A DNA stretch of 50,547 nucleotides, taken from Candidatus Eiseniibacteriota bacterium (GTDB taxonomy: Bacteria; Joyebacterota; Joyebacteria; Joyebacterales; Joyebacteraceae). The stretch is from contig DAOWCM010000001.1 in assembly GCA_030639555.1 (NCBI GenBank), positions 1-50,547 on the forward strand, written 5' to 3'. Both the position numbers and the translations under genes were made by a program. This document shows, in pieces, positions 25,717-34,405 of the stretch (the stretch's first letter is position 1; the number at the start of each line of letters is the position of its first letter). Below the pieces are notes generated by a model that was not told the origin of the DNA, did not search any database, and was given only the letters and a program-made list of their open reading frames with translations.

Positions 25717-25925
25717 AGGTACTCCTCCGGCTCGTCGCAGGAGCCGATCACTTCGATGGAATCTCGCGGCTGCTCGAGGCGGAAGTTCTGGGCCTCCTCG
25801 AGGATCTCTGCGGCGGTCATACCTTCAAGGTCGCTCCCCGTGACGACGTTCACCTGCACCTTCATCGTGCGCCGCGTGACGACCTCCACCTCGTACCACC
25901 GCAGGCTGCGGGCGCTCACATCCAC
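25713..25925 (-). CDS. Hypothetical protein (about 68-70 aa)
   Basis: There are GTG starts at 25925 and at 25919. The second gives a GTGA overlap with the upstream stop. Confidence 0.4.
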   Translation of the reverse strand: MDVSARSLRWYEVEVVTRRTMKVQVNVVTGSDLEGMTAAEILEEAQNFRLEQPRDSIEVIGSCDEPEEYL

Positions 25926-26437
25926 TCCGCTTCCGCCAGGTCCGCTATGAGGTCACCCGCGTCGCTGTCGCCGCGAATAGTCGTGCACTCGCCGGCGCAT
26001 TTGATCAGCATGTCCTTGATCTCCTGGTCGATACTCAGGGCCTTCGCCTCGTCCTGCACGCGGCCAGCGGGATCGTAGGGCTTCATGCGCTCAATGAACA
26101 CGTTGATGTTGCGGTATGATCTGTGCGTCTCGAGCACCAGGTCTCTGAACGGCCCGCGCATATCGCCGTAGACGAGCGACAGCAGGAGCGGGGAGTCGTT
26201 TACGACGAAGTCGACCGCGCCGTTCAACTGACGGAGCTGCCGGTTGTTCTTCGCGAAGATGTAGAGCTGGTCCTCGAGGACGTGCGTGTGGCCCGCCCAT
26301 ACTGGGAGCTTCACCCACTCGTGGGCCATCTCCACGAGGCGACCGCGCCGCTTCAGCGCGACGAACGTGTCGGCCATCGCAGTCGACTTTCCCGCGTCCG
26401 GGCCGCCGTACAGATTGATGATCCTCGTGTTTCTCAC
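25916..26437 (-). CDS. P-loop NTPase (nucleotide/nucleoside kinase-like)
   Basis: The GTG at 26437 follows RBS GGAGG and overlaps the upstream TGA. 173 aa with Walker A LYGGPDAGKST and a Walker B-like FVVND. Confidence 0.55.
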   Translation of the reverse strand: MRNTRIINLYGGPDAGKSTAMADTFVALKRRGRLVEMAHEWVKLPVWAGHTHVLEDQLYIFAKNNRQLRQLNGAVDFVVNDSPLLLSLVYGDMRGPFRDLVLETHRSYRNINVFIERMKPYDPAGRVQDEAKALSIDQEIKDMLIKCAGECTTIRGDSDAGDLIADLAEAEWM

Positions 26438-26709
26438 CAGTCGCCTCCTCCCTGGTAGTAGCGGGTGCACCACAGGCCCCGATAGGTATACACGCACGCG
26501 ACTTGGACCCCGGGCGTTATCTCCGTGATGAACGTGCGGATGGTCGGGTCGTTGTAGCCGTCGATGCGCTGCGTGATGGATGGATCGGCAGCCTCGGCCG
26601 CCTCCCTTCGCTCCTGTTCCTTCTTCTTCATCTCGACGCAGCCCACCGAGACCATCAGGACGAACATGAGGAGTGGTAACATCCAATCCAGCGGCTTCAT
26701 GCGGGTCAT
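26434..26709 (-). CDS. Lipoprotein (paralogue 1)
   Basis: The start is at MTRMKPL (ATG 26709). 91 aa with the signal/lipobox LLMFVLMVSVGC. Confidence 0.55.
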   Translation of the reverse strand: MTRMKPLDWMLPLLMFVLMVSVGCVEMKKKEQERREAAEAADPSITQRIDGYNDPTIRTFITEITPGVQVACVYTYRGLWCTRYYQGGGDW

Positions 26710-26711
26710 CC

Positions 26712-26972
26712 TCACCACCTCTTGATCGTGACCAGGTCGCAGGTGCAGTGACACCACGGGTGCATTTCGAGGCCGCAGATCACCCCGGTCTCGGGGGGAA
26801 GCTCCCCCATCTCCGCCTTCTCGACGCACGTCACGTGGCTCAACGCCTGCGGGTGTATCGAGATGCAGAACATGCGGCACCAGTTGCGGTCGGCGCGCTC
26901 GCCGATCGTGTAGCCCGGGGAGGCACAGCCCACCGAGACTATCAGGACGAGCGCGAGGAGCGTCAGCTTCAT
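26712..26972 (-). CDS. Lipoprotein (paralogue 2), Cys-rich
   Basis: The start is at MKLTLL (ATG 26972, an ATGA overlap). 86 aa with the signal/lipobox LALVLIVSVGC. The mature part has 7 Cys. Confidence 0.55.
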   Translation of the reverse strand: MKLTLLALVLIVSVGCASPGYTIGERADRNWCRMFCISIHPQALSHVTCVEKAEMGELPPETGVICGLEMHPWCHCTCDLVTIKRW

Positions 26973-27307
26973 GCGGATCCTATCTTCACAAAGTAGCTCG
27001 CGAGCAGCATGAGGCCGACGCCCGTGATGATCTTCCAGTTGAGCGGCTCGCCGACGAGGAAGTGCGCGTTGCCGAGGCGGAGCATTGAGTTCCCGACGGT
27101 GAACACCATCCACGCCATCATGAACGTCGGCGCGTCGCGGAACGCGTAGAACAGGCCCCACTGGGCGACGATGATGAACGGTCCCGTGTGCACGAGGGCC
27201 TCGCGCCACGTGGCGTAGCCGCCGGAGCGGTTGAGATACTCGATCGTCATGATGGTGAAGTTCGCGATGATCGACGCCACCCACCACGGCGGAACTAGGT
27301 TGATCAC
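26969..27307 (-). CDS. Membrane protein (112 aa, ~4 TM)
   Basis: The GTG at 27307 follows GGAGG and overlaps the upstream TGA (GTGA). The sequence is hydrophobic throughout. Confidence 0.5.
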   Translation of the reverse strand: MINLVPPWWVASIIANFTIMTIEYLNRSGGYATWREALVHTGPFIIVAQWGLFYAFRDAPTFMMAWMVFTVGNSMLRLGNAHFLVGEPLNWKIITGVGLMLLASYFVKIGSA

Positions 27308-27636
27308 GCGGCCTCCCTTGCGAGCGTCCACTGGAAGATGGTCACCGGAGACTCCGGCTCCAGGTGCGGATTCTCCTTGCGGAGCGCCGCCTCTAGCTCG
27401 TGCAGGTATGCGTGGCCGCACGCCAGGGCGTCATCGGTGGTCAGTCCGCTGAACACCGTGTACGAGATGCGGTGTATCACGACCGGGACCTGGATGTGGT
27501 TGGCCGTCTCGTCCACGAGGACGTAGTCGCCGAGCACCGCGGCAACCGCGTTCGACAGCACCATGGCCGTCGCGCGTCCCATCCTGATGAGCCCCATGCG
27601 CTCGCCTGGGACCGTGACTACGAGAGGCTCGCTCAT
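27304..27636 (-). CDS. ASCH-like (PUA-fold) protein
   Basis: The start is at MSEPLV (ATG 27636, an ATGA overlap). 110 aa. ISYTVFSGLTTDDALACGHAYLHELEAALRKENP...VTIFQWTL resembles the C-terminal half of ASCH domains. Confidence 0.4.
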   Translation of the reverse strand: MSEPLVVTVPGERMGLIRMGRATAMVLSNAVAAVLGDYVLVDETANHIQVPVVIHRISYTVFSGLTTDDALACGHAYLHELEAALRKENPHLEPESPVTIFQWTLAREAA

Positions 27637-27911
27637 GCGAAAGCCCCCTCGGCGTCGAGCTGCTCGAACATGCAGTCGATGTTCGTGCGGGTCTCCGGCT
27701 TCTCCTGCACCTCCACCTGGTAATGCCTCATGGTCTCGAGGGGCCAGGCAGCTTGATGGGTGGGGGCTCCGAAAGGAATCATGCAGCCGAGGAAACGCTT
27801 CCCGTCCCACTCTGCATTGAGCGCCTTGTCGACGGAGTAGTTCAGCATCCCCGGGTCGCATACGTCGTCGGCTTTCGTCACCTTGATCTTGTCTCCAGGC
27901 TGTAGCTTCAT
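27633..27911 (-). CDS. Hypothetical protein (92 aa)
   Basis: The start is at MKLQPGD (ATG 27911), preceded by GGAG. The stop overlaps the next ATG. Confidence 0.45.
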   Translation of the reverse strand: MKLQPGDKIKVTKADDVCDPGMLNYSVDKALNAEWDGKRFLGCMIPFGAPTHQAAWPLETMRHYQVEVQEKPETRTNIDCMFEQLDAEGAFA

Positions 27912-28171
27912 TTCTCCATCCTCCGCCTCTTGCACTCGCTGTCTTGCAGCGGCATCCAGAGGCATCCGTCGGCGCCGTGGCATATCCACAGCTCGCTCTC
28001 CGCGTGAACCCACCGGACCGTGCTCTGCGAATCATCCAGTGGCAAGTCGTACACCCGGTCTACGGGCGGCCCGATTTGACAGGGAGGCAGAGACCCGGCG
28101 GCCGCAAAAGGCACGAGCGCTGCAACCAGAATCACGGCCAGCGCTCGAATGAATTCTCGTCTCTTGAACAT
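27908..28171 (-). CDS. Secreted small protein with Tat-like signal (87 aa)
   Basis: The ATG at 28171 follows GGAGG. The N-terminus MFKRREFIRALAVILVAALVPFAAAG has a twin-arginine-type RR-x-F-I motif. The mature part has 4 Cys. Confidence 0.5.
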   Translation of the reverse strand: MFKRREFIRALAVILVAALVPFAAAGSLPPCQIGPPVDRVYDLPLDDSQSTVRWVHAESELWICHGADGCLWMPLQDSECKRRRMEK

Positions 28172-28191
28172 GGGGGCCTCCTGGGTGACAA

Positions 28192-28225
28192 CCCCGGGGC
28201 GGCGAAAGGAGTGACCGCCCCGGGG
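28192..28225 (-). terminator. Perfect 11-bp GC hairpin after the SSB gene
   Basis: CCCCGGGGCGG-N12-CCGCCCCGGGG lies 27 nt downstream of the SSB stop on the minus strand. It is followed by TTGT, a weak U-tract. Confidence 0.45.
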
Positions 28226-28251
28226 CGAGCTGGCGCTGAGGTGGGGTGCGC

Positions 28252-28860
28252 CTACTCCAGGTCTCCCAGGTCCGCCGGTGCGACGTCGCCCTCGGGGATC
28301 TTGTCGAAGTTGTCGAACGCCTTGACCGGATCCGGGTCGTCTCCGAACGGCTCGCCGTCGCAGATGAACTGGACGTGGCGGAGTCCGAAGTTGAAGCCCC
28401 TCTGCTTCTTGTCGTAGCAGTAGGGGTTCGCGATCACGCGCGCCCAGCTTCCCGGGTAGAACACGTTCGCGACGTCGCAGAGGTCGACAGGCTTCTGGGA
28501 CACCGTGACCGCACCCGGCCGCTTCGTGGAGTTGAACCGGACGTACCAGTTCCCCGCGTACCCGTCCCACTCGGCGTCGTCGCCGTCGAGGAAGGGCATC
28601 TTGAACTTCTTGGGAAGTCCGTTCGGGTACTCCGCCGACGTCAGGGTCTTCGCGATCTGCCGCATCACGGACAGGTCGTGCTTGGCGAAGTCGTCCCAGG
28701 GCGACAACTCCATCATCTCTTCCTTTGGGAAGAGTAGAGTGACCTGGAACTTCGCGTCGCCTTCGTCGTACTCCCGGGCCTTGTCGAGATTCGGATACGA
28801 GACGCGCCCGTACGGCGTCACGATCCTGTTGTTGGGCTTGGTGTCAGCCATATTGCTCAT
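28252..28860 (-). CDS. ssDNA-binding protein (DUF2815, T7 gp2.5-like)
   Basis: 202 aa. It has N-terminal RVSYPNL..., a YVRFNS / NFGL pattern and an acidic C-terminal tail (EGDVAPADLGDLE). It lies adjacent to the DUF2800 gene, as is usual for this pair. Confidence 0.7.
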   Translation of the reverse strand: MSNMADTKPNNRIVTPYGRVSYPNLDKAREYDEGDAKFQVTLLFPKEEMMELSPWDDFAKHDLSVMRQIAKTLTSAEYPNGLPKKFKMPFLDGDDAEWDGYAGNWYVRFNSTKRPGAVTVSQKPVDLCDVANVFYPGSWARVIANPYCYDKKQRGFNFGLRHVQFICDGEPFGDDPDPVKAFDNFDKIPEGDVAPADLGDLE

Positions 28861-30131
28861 TCCTCCGTGCTGCCGGTACCAGCAGCTAGTTGTGCGTCCG
28901 CGGACGCGTCAGTGAAATCGAGTATAGGGGCAGATTCCTCCCCGCGCAAATCGGACGACCGGGCGACCGTCAGGTCCCCCTCCGGCTTGTGCGCGTGCTG
29001 GGCCACCCACTTCTTGCCCACGAGCTTCTCGAGCTGCCGCGGGGATCGTAGCTTCTGGGTGTGGGTGTCCTTCTTGCTGACACCCGCCTTGTTCGTGAGG
29101 CGACGCTCCACGTCCGCCGCGTCCCGCCACGCCCGATTCGCCCGCTTGCGGACGAGCTTGAAGCCTGGCACCTCCATGCCGGTCTCGAGGGCGCGCTGCA
29201 GCATCGCGTTGACCTCCTTGGCCCAGAACTCCGCCACGTCTGCGACCGCCTTGGCCCGAGCGAGCTCGAGGGGGTTGTCCATCTCCGGGAGGCGGATGGT
29301 AGGCACGTCCACATCGTCGGGAAACTCCGCGATGGCCTCCTGCACCACGAGCTGCCGCAGTTCCTTGCAGCGCGCGGCCGCGGGGCAGAACCTGCAGTGA
29401 TCGCCGGGTACGAGGGGTGCGTCGGGGTCCCTCGTCGCGTCGGCGGCGGAGGCGAGGTGATCGGCGAAATCCAGCAGCGCCTCGACGGTCACGGTCCATC
29501 GTCGCACGGGGCCGTCCTCGTGGAGTCCCCGGGGCTGCACGATCACGAGGGTGATGTGTGACACGTCGTACTCGCCGACGGCGCGCAGTGCGCCGAGGCC
29601 GTAGTACATGAGCTGGTCGTTCCAGTCGATGTTGACCTGGACGCCCTTGCCGTACTTGAAGTCGGCGACGACCAGCTCGCCGAACGACTGTATCACCATG
29701 GCGTCGCCGGTGCCGAACAGCTCCTCCTCCCGGCCGGGGAGTGGGTACACTGTCTGCTCGATGCGTAGCTCGGATCCGGGCAGCCGCTCGAGGTGGCCAC
29801 GTATCTCGCGCAGGTAGACCTCGACGGCCTCTATCATCTCATCGCTGATCTCGAACCAGTGGCCGCTGTCGCGCTCGTCCTGGTTGGTCGTGGCGGCATC
29901 CTGCATCATGCCGAAGTCAGAGATCCACCAGTCTCGGAACTGCTCCGGGTCCTCGTGTTCGGATAGACATCGCTCGCAGAGGTAATGCGCCGCCGTGCCC
30001 TCCCGGGCGTACACAGAACTGCGATTCTGCTCGTTCTTCGGCAGCTTGGCGATCTCGCGCACGGATCCCAGGCAGGTCATCCACCTGTGTGCGCTCGAGG
30101 CGCCCAGCACTGCGTGCGTGGTAGCGGGCAC
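28857..30131 (-). CDS. DUF2800 PD-(D/E)xK nuclease (Cas4/RecB-like exonuclease)
   Basis: 424 aa. It has N-terminal LGASSAHRWMTCLGS, a C-terminal CRFCPAAARC cysteine cluster, and a GTG start 5 nt after GGAG. Confidence 0.7.
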   Translation of the reverse strand: MPATTHAVLGASSAHRWMTCLGSVREIAKLPKNEQNRSSVYAREGTAAHYLCERCLSEHEDPEQFRDWWISDFGMMQDAATTNQDERDSGHWFEISDEMIEAVEVYLREIRGHLERLPGSELRIEQTVYPLPGREEELFGTGDAMVIQSFGELVVADFKYGKGVQVNIDWNDQLMYYGLGALRAVGEYDVSHITLVIVQPRGLHEDGPVRRWTVTVEALLDFADHLASAADATRDPDAPLVPGDHCRFCPAAARCKELRQLVVQEAIAEFPDDVDVPTIRLPEMDNPLELARAKAVADVAEFWAKEVNAMLQRALETGMEVPGFKLVRKRANRAWRDAADVERRLTNKAGVSKKDTHTQKLRSPRQLEKLVGKKWVAQHAHKPEGDLTVARSSDLRGEESAPILDFTDASADAQLAAGTGSTEE

Positions 30132-30169
30132 TGTTCTCCTCTCAGGTGTCCCGGGACCCCAGCCTCAAG

Positions 30170-30184
30170 GCCCGACCCGTGCCA
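30170..30184 (-). promoter_or_regulatory. Sigma-54-like -24/-12 element (TGGCAC-GGGTC-GGGC)
   Basis: Read on the minus strand, GG and GC have the correct spacing. The element lies about 40 nt upstream of the DUF2800 GTG, inside a 104-nt non-coding gap. The -12 box is weaker than consensus. Confidence 0.3.
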
Positions 30185-30235
30185 GAATTGGACAGAGCGG
30201 CCGGGGGTCCGGGACGCCTAGTTGTCGTGCAATCC

Positions 30236-30670
30236 CTATGCCGTGAGGCGCTCGAGCATCTGCGGGAGGTGCTTCTCGTCCATCGCGGTGATGCTCTCGG
30301 AACCGAATTCCTCCAGCCAGGTCTTCACGTCGGCGCGGTCGTTGCCGGCCTCGAGGAATGCGCCCGCGGCCTTGCGGACCTCCTCCCGGGTTACCTTCGC
30401 GGCGGGCGCCGGGTCCGGGGCGGAAGCGGGCGCCTCATTCTCGGTAGCCGGCGTCGCAGCGGCGGCCGGCTTGGCGGCGCGCGACCTCCGCCGCTTGGGC
30501 TTCTCGGGCTCCGCCTCCGCGGTCGCGGTTTCCGCGACTGCCGCGAGGGGTCCGCCGGCGGGCGCCGCCGGCCTGTTCAGCTCCGTCGCCGCGGCGAGGA
30601 TCGACTCCGCGAGGAGTGCGATTGCCTTCGTGGTGCCGGAGTCCAGCGTCACGTTGATGTTGATGTCCAT
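30236..30670 (-). CDS. Hypothetical protein with Ala/Pro-rich linker (144 aa)
   Basis: The ATG follows RBS GGAGAG. The ends look structured and flank a low-complexity PAAPAGG...AAKPAAAA linker. Confidence 0.5.
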   Translation of the reverse strand: MDININVTLDSGTTKAIALLAESILAAATELNRPAAPAGGPLAAVAETATAEAEPEKPKRRRSRAAKPAAAATPATENEAPASAPDPAPAAKVTREEVRKAAGAFLEAGNDRADVKTWLEEFGSESITAMDEKHLPQMLERLTA

Positions 30671-30681
30671 GGGGGTCTCTC

Positions 30682-32829
30682 CTACTTTCTGCGGATGTAT
30701 CCGCGTCTCTTTACACCATTCACGTTCTTATAGCAACGCTTCCAGTTCATGCGCTCCATGACCTGCGCGAGCCTCTTCGTGTCGGCCTGCGTGGTGTCCC
30801 GGAACGGACGGTGAAAACATTCCTCGAAGATTTCCTCTACCGACAGCTTCTCGTCGGGCATCTTCTGCAGCCACTCGCCGACCATGTCCTCCCATGGGTC
30901 GACGACGCGTCGGTCCTCCTGCTCGACGGTGGCCGCCTCCCACAGCCTCTTGGGCAGGGTGATCTCGTCCAGCGGATTCGCCTTCCACTCGATCAGCGCC
31001 TCGGCCCAGAGCTGGTCGCGCGGCACCTTGCTGATGTCGATCATGCCGACCCGGATCGGGAGGAAGCGGCGGTTACCCGTGATGTCCCGCAGGTACACAG
31101 CATCGTTTGTGGTCCCGACGAAGATGCACTGACGCTTGAAGTCCTCGGTCAATTCCTTGTATGCGCGGCGCACGCGGTCCTCGGTCTTCGAGAGGAACGC
31201 CTTCAGGACGTTGATGTCCGTCTTGTTCATCGACGCCAGCTCCTCGATCTCGATGATCCACTTGCCGAGCATGGCGTCGACGACGTCCTTGTCCGCCGCG
31301 CTCTTGATCGGCGGCAGCCCCTCCGACGCCCACTCCCTCCCGAGGTGGCGGATGAGCGTGCTCTTGTAGCCGCCCTGCGGCCCCTCGAGGATGATCATCG
31401 AGTCGAACTTGCACCCCGGTTTGTAGATGCGCGCGATGCCGGCGTACAGGAATATCTTCGACACGGCCCGGGTGTAGGGCGTGTCCTCGAGCTCGCTGGC
31501 GTTGATCAGCCACGTCTCGAGGCGGGGCGTCCCGTCCCACTCCAGCTTCTCGAGGTGCTTCCGCACCGGGTGCCGCCAGTTCTCCTGCGCCATCCACGTG
31601 ATCGCGTCCTTCAGCGCCGCCTTCTTGGGCTCGCCCGTCCACGGGCCGACGTGCTGCATGATCACCGCCTTCAAGCAGATGAGCGTCTTATCGTTTAGCT
31701 GCAGGTCTAGCTGCGGGAATCGGTCGCGGAAGTAGCCGGTCCGGTCGACGAGCCACACCTTGTCGGCGAACTGGTCGTAGTAGATGTGCATTCCGCACTG
31801 CTGCATGGCCGCGTAGCAGCTAGTCGCCCAGGGCTTGATCTTGCCCTTGGAGTCGCGCTCGAACACGATCATGTTCTCTCGCTGCTCCGCGGTATGGGCG
31901 GTGACGTCTGCCCCCTCCGGCAGCTCGACGGCGTCGAGCAGCGCCACGTCGACCTCGAGGGGGATGCTCCCGCCAGCCTGCGTCACGTGCCAGAACAGCG
32001 TCGCCGCAGTGCGCCCCTCCGCGTGGTCCTCGGTCGCCGCGTCCCACATCATCTCAATGTCGCCGCGGGCGTCACGGTACTCGGGATCCGACGTTGACCA
32101 GCGGACGAAGAGTTCGCGCACCTCGGCGGATCCGCAGGACGCGTGATGGCAAGAGAACATGAGGTTGCGCCACTCGTCATACTCGCGGAAGTCCGTCGGG
32201 TCGATCTGGTCGAGGCACGCGCGGATCGCGCTGGGCGTCAGATCCTCCGCGTCCGGGTCACGCGGCCGCGGGTCGGGGCGCTTCAGCGCGGCGAGAAGCT
32301 CGTCAGGGGCGGATGCCGCGCCGCCGCGGCGTACCCACTTGTAGTGTCGCCCGTTCGGGTGCTTGCATCCGGCGGCGAGAACCTGGCGGCCGCGGGTCTT
32401 GAACTCGATCGACCCGCCGAATGCCTCCATCTTCTCGCGGACCTTGAAGTTCGGATCTTTCGTCAGGTAAACGTGCCAGCCGCCCGAGCCCGTTTCGACC
32501 ACGGGGGCGTTCGAGAAGTCGATGCCGAGCTCGAGCTCGAGCATCCCGCAGAGCGTCTTGGCGCTCCGGCCCTCGGCGTCGGCATGCTTCGGGTCGATGT
32601 CGACTACGAGCTGGTTCGCCCGGAGCCGGACGCCGACGTTGCCGCCCTTCTCGATCCACCGTTCGATGGATCTGTCTTCGTAAATGCGAGCGAGCCACTG
32701 CTTGTCTCGCGGCGCCTTCCCGCGCTGCTGGCCGTCGATCTTCTTGTCCCACCTGTGGATGGGGATTAGATCATATTCGTCGCTGTCGAGGTAGGGTTGA
32801 ATGTCCTCGAGGTTGGCGTTGGCGGCCAT
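30682..32829 (-). CDS. Bifunctional primase-polymerase (PrimPol) fused to VirE/D5-like helicase
   Basis: The start was reset to MAANANLED (ATG 32829, after GGAGAAG). Motifs are VVDIDPKH (DxD), TGSGGWHVYL and Walker A ILEGPQGGYKST. 715 aa. Confidence 0.8.
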   Translation of the reverse strand: MAANANLEDIQPYLDSDEYDLIPIHRWDKKIDGQQRGKAPRDKQWLARIYEDRSIERWIEKGGNVGVRLRANQLVVDIDPKHADAEGRSAKTLCGMLELELGIDFSNAPVVETGSGGWHVYLTKDPNFKVREKMEAFGGSIEFKTRGRQVLAAGCKHPNGRHYKWVRRGGAASAPDELLAALKRPDPRPRDPDAEDLTPSAIRACLDQIDPTDFREYDEWRNLMFSCHHASCGSAEVRELFVRWSTSDPEYRDARGDIEMMWDAATEDHAEGRTAATLFWHVTQAGGSIPLEVDVALLDAVELPEGADVTAHTAEQRENMIVFERDSKGKIKPWATSCYAAMQQCGMHIYYDQFADKVWLVDRTGYFRDRFPQLDLQLNDKTLICLKAVIMQHVGPWTGEPKKAALKDAITWMAQENWRHPVRKHLEKLEWDGTPRLETWLINASELEDTPYTRAVSKIFLYAGIARIYKPGCKFDSMIILEGPQGGYKSTLIRHLGREWASEGLPPIKSAADKDVVDAMLGKWIIEIEELASMNKTDINVLKAFLSKTEDRVRRAYKELTEDFKRQCIFVGTTNDAVYLRDITGNRRFLPIRVGMIDISKVPRDQLWAEALIEWKANPLDEITLPKRLWEAATVEQEDRRVVDPWEDMVGEWLQKMPDEKLSVEEIFEECFHRPFRDTTQADTKRLAQVMERMNWKRCYKNVNGVKRRGYIRRK

Positions 32830-32836
32830 GCTTCTC

Positions 32837-33376
32837 CTAGTAAGGTTGGACCGGGAGGCCGGCTTCGTGCAGGCGGATCTCCCACTCCATGCGGGCCTGG
32901 ACCACGCGCTCACTCATTCGGGATCGCTGCACCATCGGGGCGGCAGGAAAGTGCACGTGGAAATCGCTCACCAGGCGGCGTATCGACCAACCGACAGCGT
33001 GGGCGACGTAGAGGCGGGCGCCCCACTTCCACTGCCTGTCGTTCAGAAACTTGTATAGGTGTATGGCCACGTCGAAGTAGCGGGCGTTGGTGTCGTCGAA
33101 CGTGTGAACCCGCTTCGACTTCTGGACCTCGCCCTTGAAGATGTACGCGTCGACGTAAGCCCAGGGTTTGCCGCACCTGTGGTTGTCGCAGACCCAGTTC
33201 CCGTCGACATTCATCTTTCGTTTCTTGCTGCCGCACATCTCGCCGGACTTGCCCTCGAGGGAGCGTTCGCACTTCTTGGCGAACATTCGGCCCGTCGAGT
33301 CGACGAAGTCGAGCGCCGGGGCGCCGAACGAGTCCCGGGTCCGGTAGTAGAAGCGGATGTAGTCGTCGGCGGTCAA
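32837..33376 (-). CDS. Hypothetical protein with Zn-ribbon-like Cys cluster and possible C-terminal HTH
   Basis: 179 aa with a TTG start. It has KKCERS...MCGS...WVCDNHRC. The C-terminal LYVAHAVGWSIRRLV...ERVVQARMEWEIRLHEAG faintly resembles a sigma region-4 / HTH. Confidence 0.3.
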   Translation of the reverse strand: MTADDYIRFYYRTRDSFGAPALDFVDSTGRMFAKKCERSLEGKSGEMCGSKKRKMNVDGNWVCDNHRCGKPWAYVDAYIFKGEVQKSKRVHTFDDTNARYFDVAIHLYKFLNDRQWKWGARLYVAHAVGWSIRRLVSDFHVHFPAAPMVQRSRMSERVVQARMEWEIRLHEAGLPVQPY

Positions 33377-33898
33377 TCATCCTTCCTCGAGGTGGAAGAC
33401 GGAGTCCACGGACCATAGCATGGCCCGCGCGCCGTCGCTCGCCTGCAACACTAGCACCTCCTCCTCGTCCTGCACCCAGTATTCGGGCCCGTCGTGGCCG
33501 GCGAAGTGTAGCACCCCTTCGGCACCGTCGATCCACCATGGGTCGCTGAAGGCAGCGCGCACGCTGCGCGGGCGCTTCAGCTCCGGGTCGTTGGCGAGGC
33601 GGAAGAACTGTCGGAGCGCCGACGTGGTGTCGCTCGTGTCGATCAGCTCGGCGGTGCGGCTGCCATCGGCGCCCATGAGCTTGCGGGCCGGAAAGCCGTC
33701 GTGCGCCACGAAGGCGACGTCGACCCAGCGTATGCGGGCCTCGCGGATCCTCCCGGGATTGACGATCAGGTGGGTCTCCGTGGCCTTGTGAGTCCCCCGC
33801 CAGAGCCGCTCGTGCTCGTCGAGGACGACGACTTCCTCGCCGTCGGTGAACTGCTCTCGCCAGAGCTCCCAGGCCGTCGGGTGAGTAGGAAACGTCAT
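33377..33898 (-). CDS. Hypothetical protein (173 aa)
   Basis: ATG start, protein-like composition, no family recognised. Confidence 0.5.
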   Translation of the reverse strand: MTFPTHPTAWELWREQFTDGEEVVVLDEHERLWRGTHKATETHLIVNPGRIREARIRWVDVAFVAHDGFPARKLMGADGSRTAELIDTSDTTSALRQFFRLANDPELKRPRSVRAAFSDPWWIDGAEGVLHFAGHDGPEYWVQDEEEVLVLQASDGARAMLWSVDSVFHLEEG

Positions 33899-33901
33899 GC
33901 C

Positions 33902-34228
33902 CTACACCACGTAGAACAGGATGGACACGTAGTGTCCCCAGTTACCCTCGCCGTACGCCCTGTCCATGGCTTTTCGGAGGCCGTCCGGGGTTTGACAGCC
34001 GGGGTCATGCTCGAACAGGAGCCAGAACTTCGGAATGTCCTCGAAGAGGACCAGCTCGCAGAAGAGGACCCGGCCCCTCGCCACCTGCGTGTCCTCGTCG
34101 CCCGTTCGCTTGATGACGAGTGCGTCGCCGGGCGAGGCTTGGTCGTGCCACTTCGTGCCGTGGCGTACGGTGACGTTCAGTCCCTCGCGCTGCACTGGGT
34201 TCAGGAAGAGAAGGTCGTGGGTTGTCAT
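33902..34228 (-). CDS. ASCH-like (PUA-fold) protein
   Basis: 108 aa. LNVTVRHGTKW...PGDALVIKR...ARGRVLFCELVLFEDIP...LRKAMDRAYG...VSILFYVV fits the ASCH layout. Confidence 0.45.
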   Translation of the reverse strand: MTTHDLLFLNPVQREGLNVTVRHGTKWHDQASPGDALVIKRTGDEDTQVARGRVLFCELVLFEDIPKFWLLFEHDPGCQTPDGLRKAMDRAYGEGNWGHYVSILFYVV

Positions 34229-34404
34229 ATCATCTCCTGGTACTGGCGCGTCGCCATGATCTGCTTGTAGACCTTGTCACCCTTGCAGATGTACTGCGGA
34301 AAACCCCCGAGCTTCTTGCCGTCCTGCAGGCAGTAGTGGCGGCCGCACGGGAGTCCATACTTGTCGAACAACTGGACCTGCTGTGGCCCGAGGGGTTCCT
34401 CCAC
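34225..34404 (-). CDS. Small Cys-containing ORF (59 aa, below the ORF-track size cut-off)
   Basis: Hand translation gives (GTG)EEPLGPQQVQLFDKYGLPCGRHYCLQDGKKLGGFPQYICKGDKVYKQIMATRQYQEMI. The stop overlaps the next ATG (ATGA). It fills an otherwise 177-nt gap. Confidence 0.4.
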   Translation of the reverse strand: MEEPLGPQQVQLFDKYGLPCGRHYCLQDGKKLGGFPQYICKGDKVYKQIMATRQYQEMI

Positions 34405-34405
34405 A

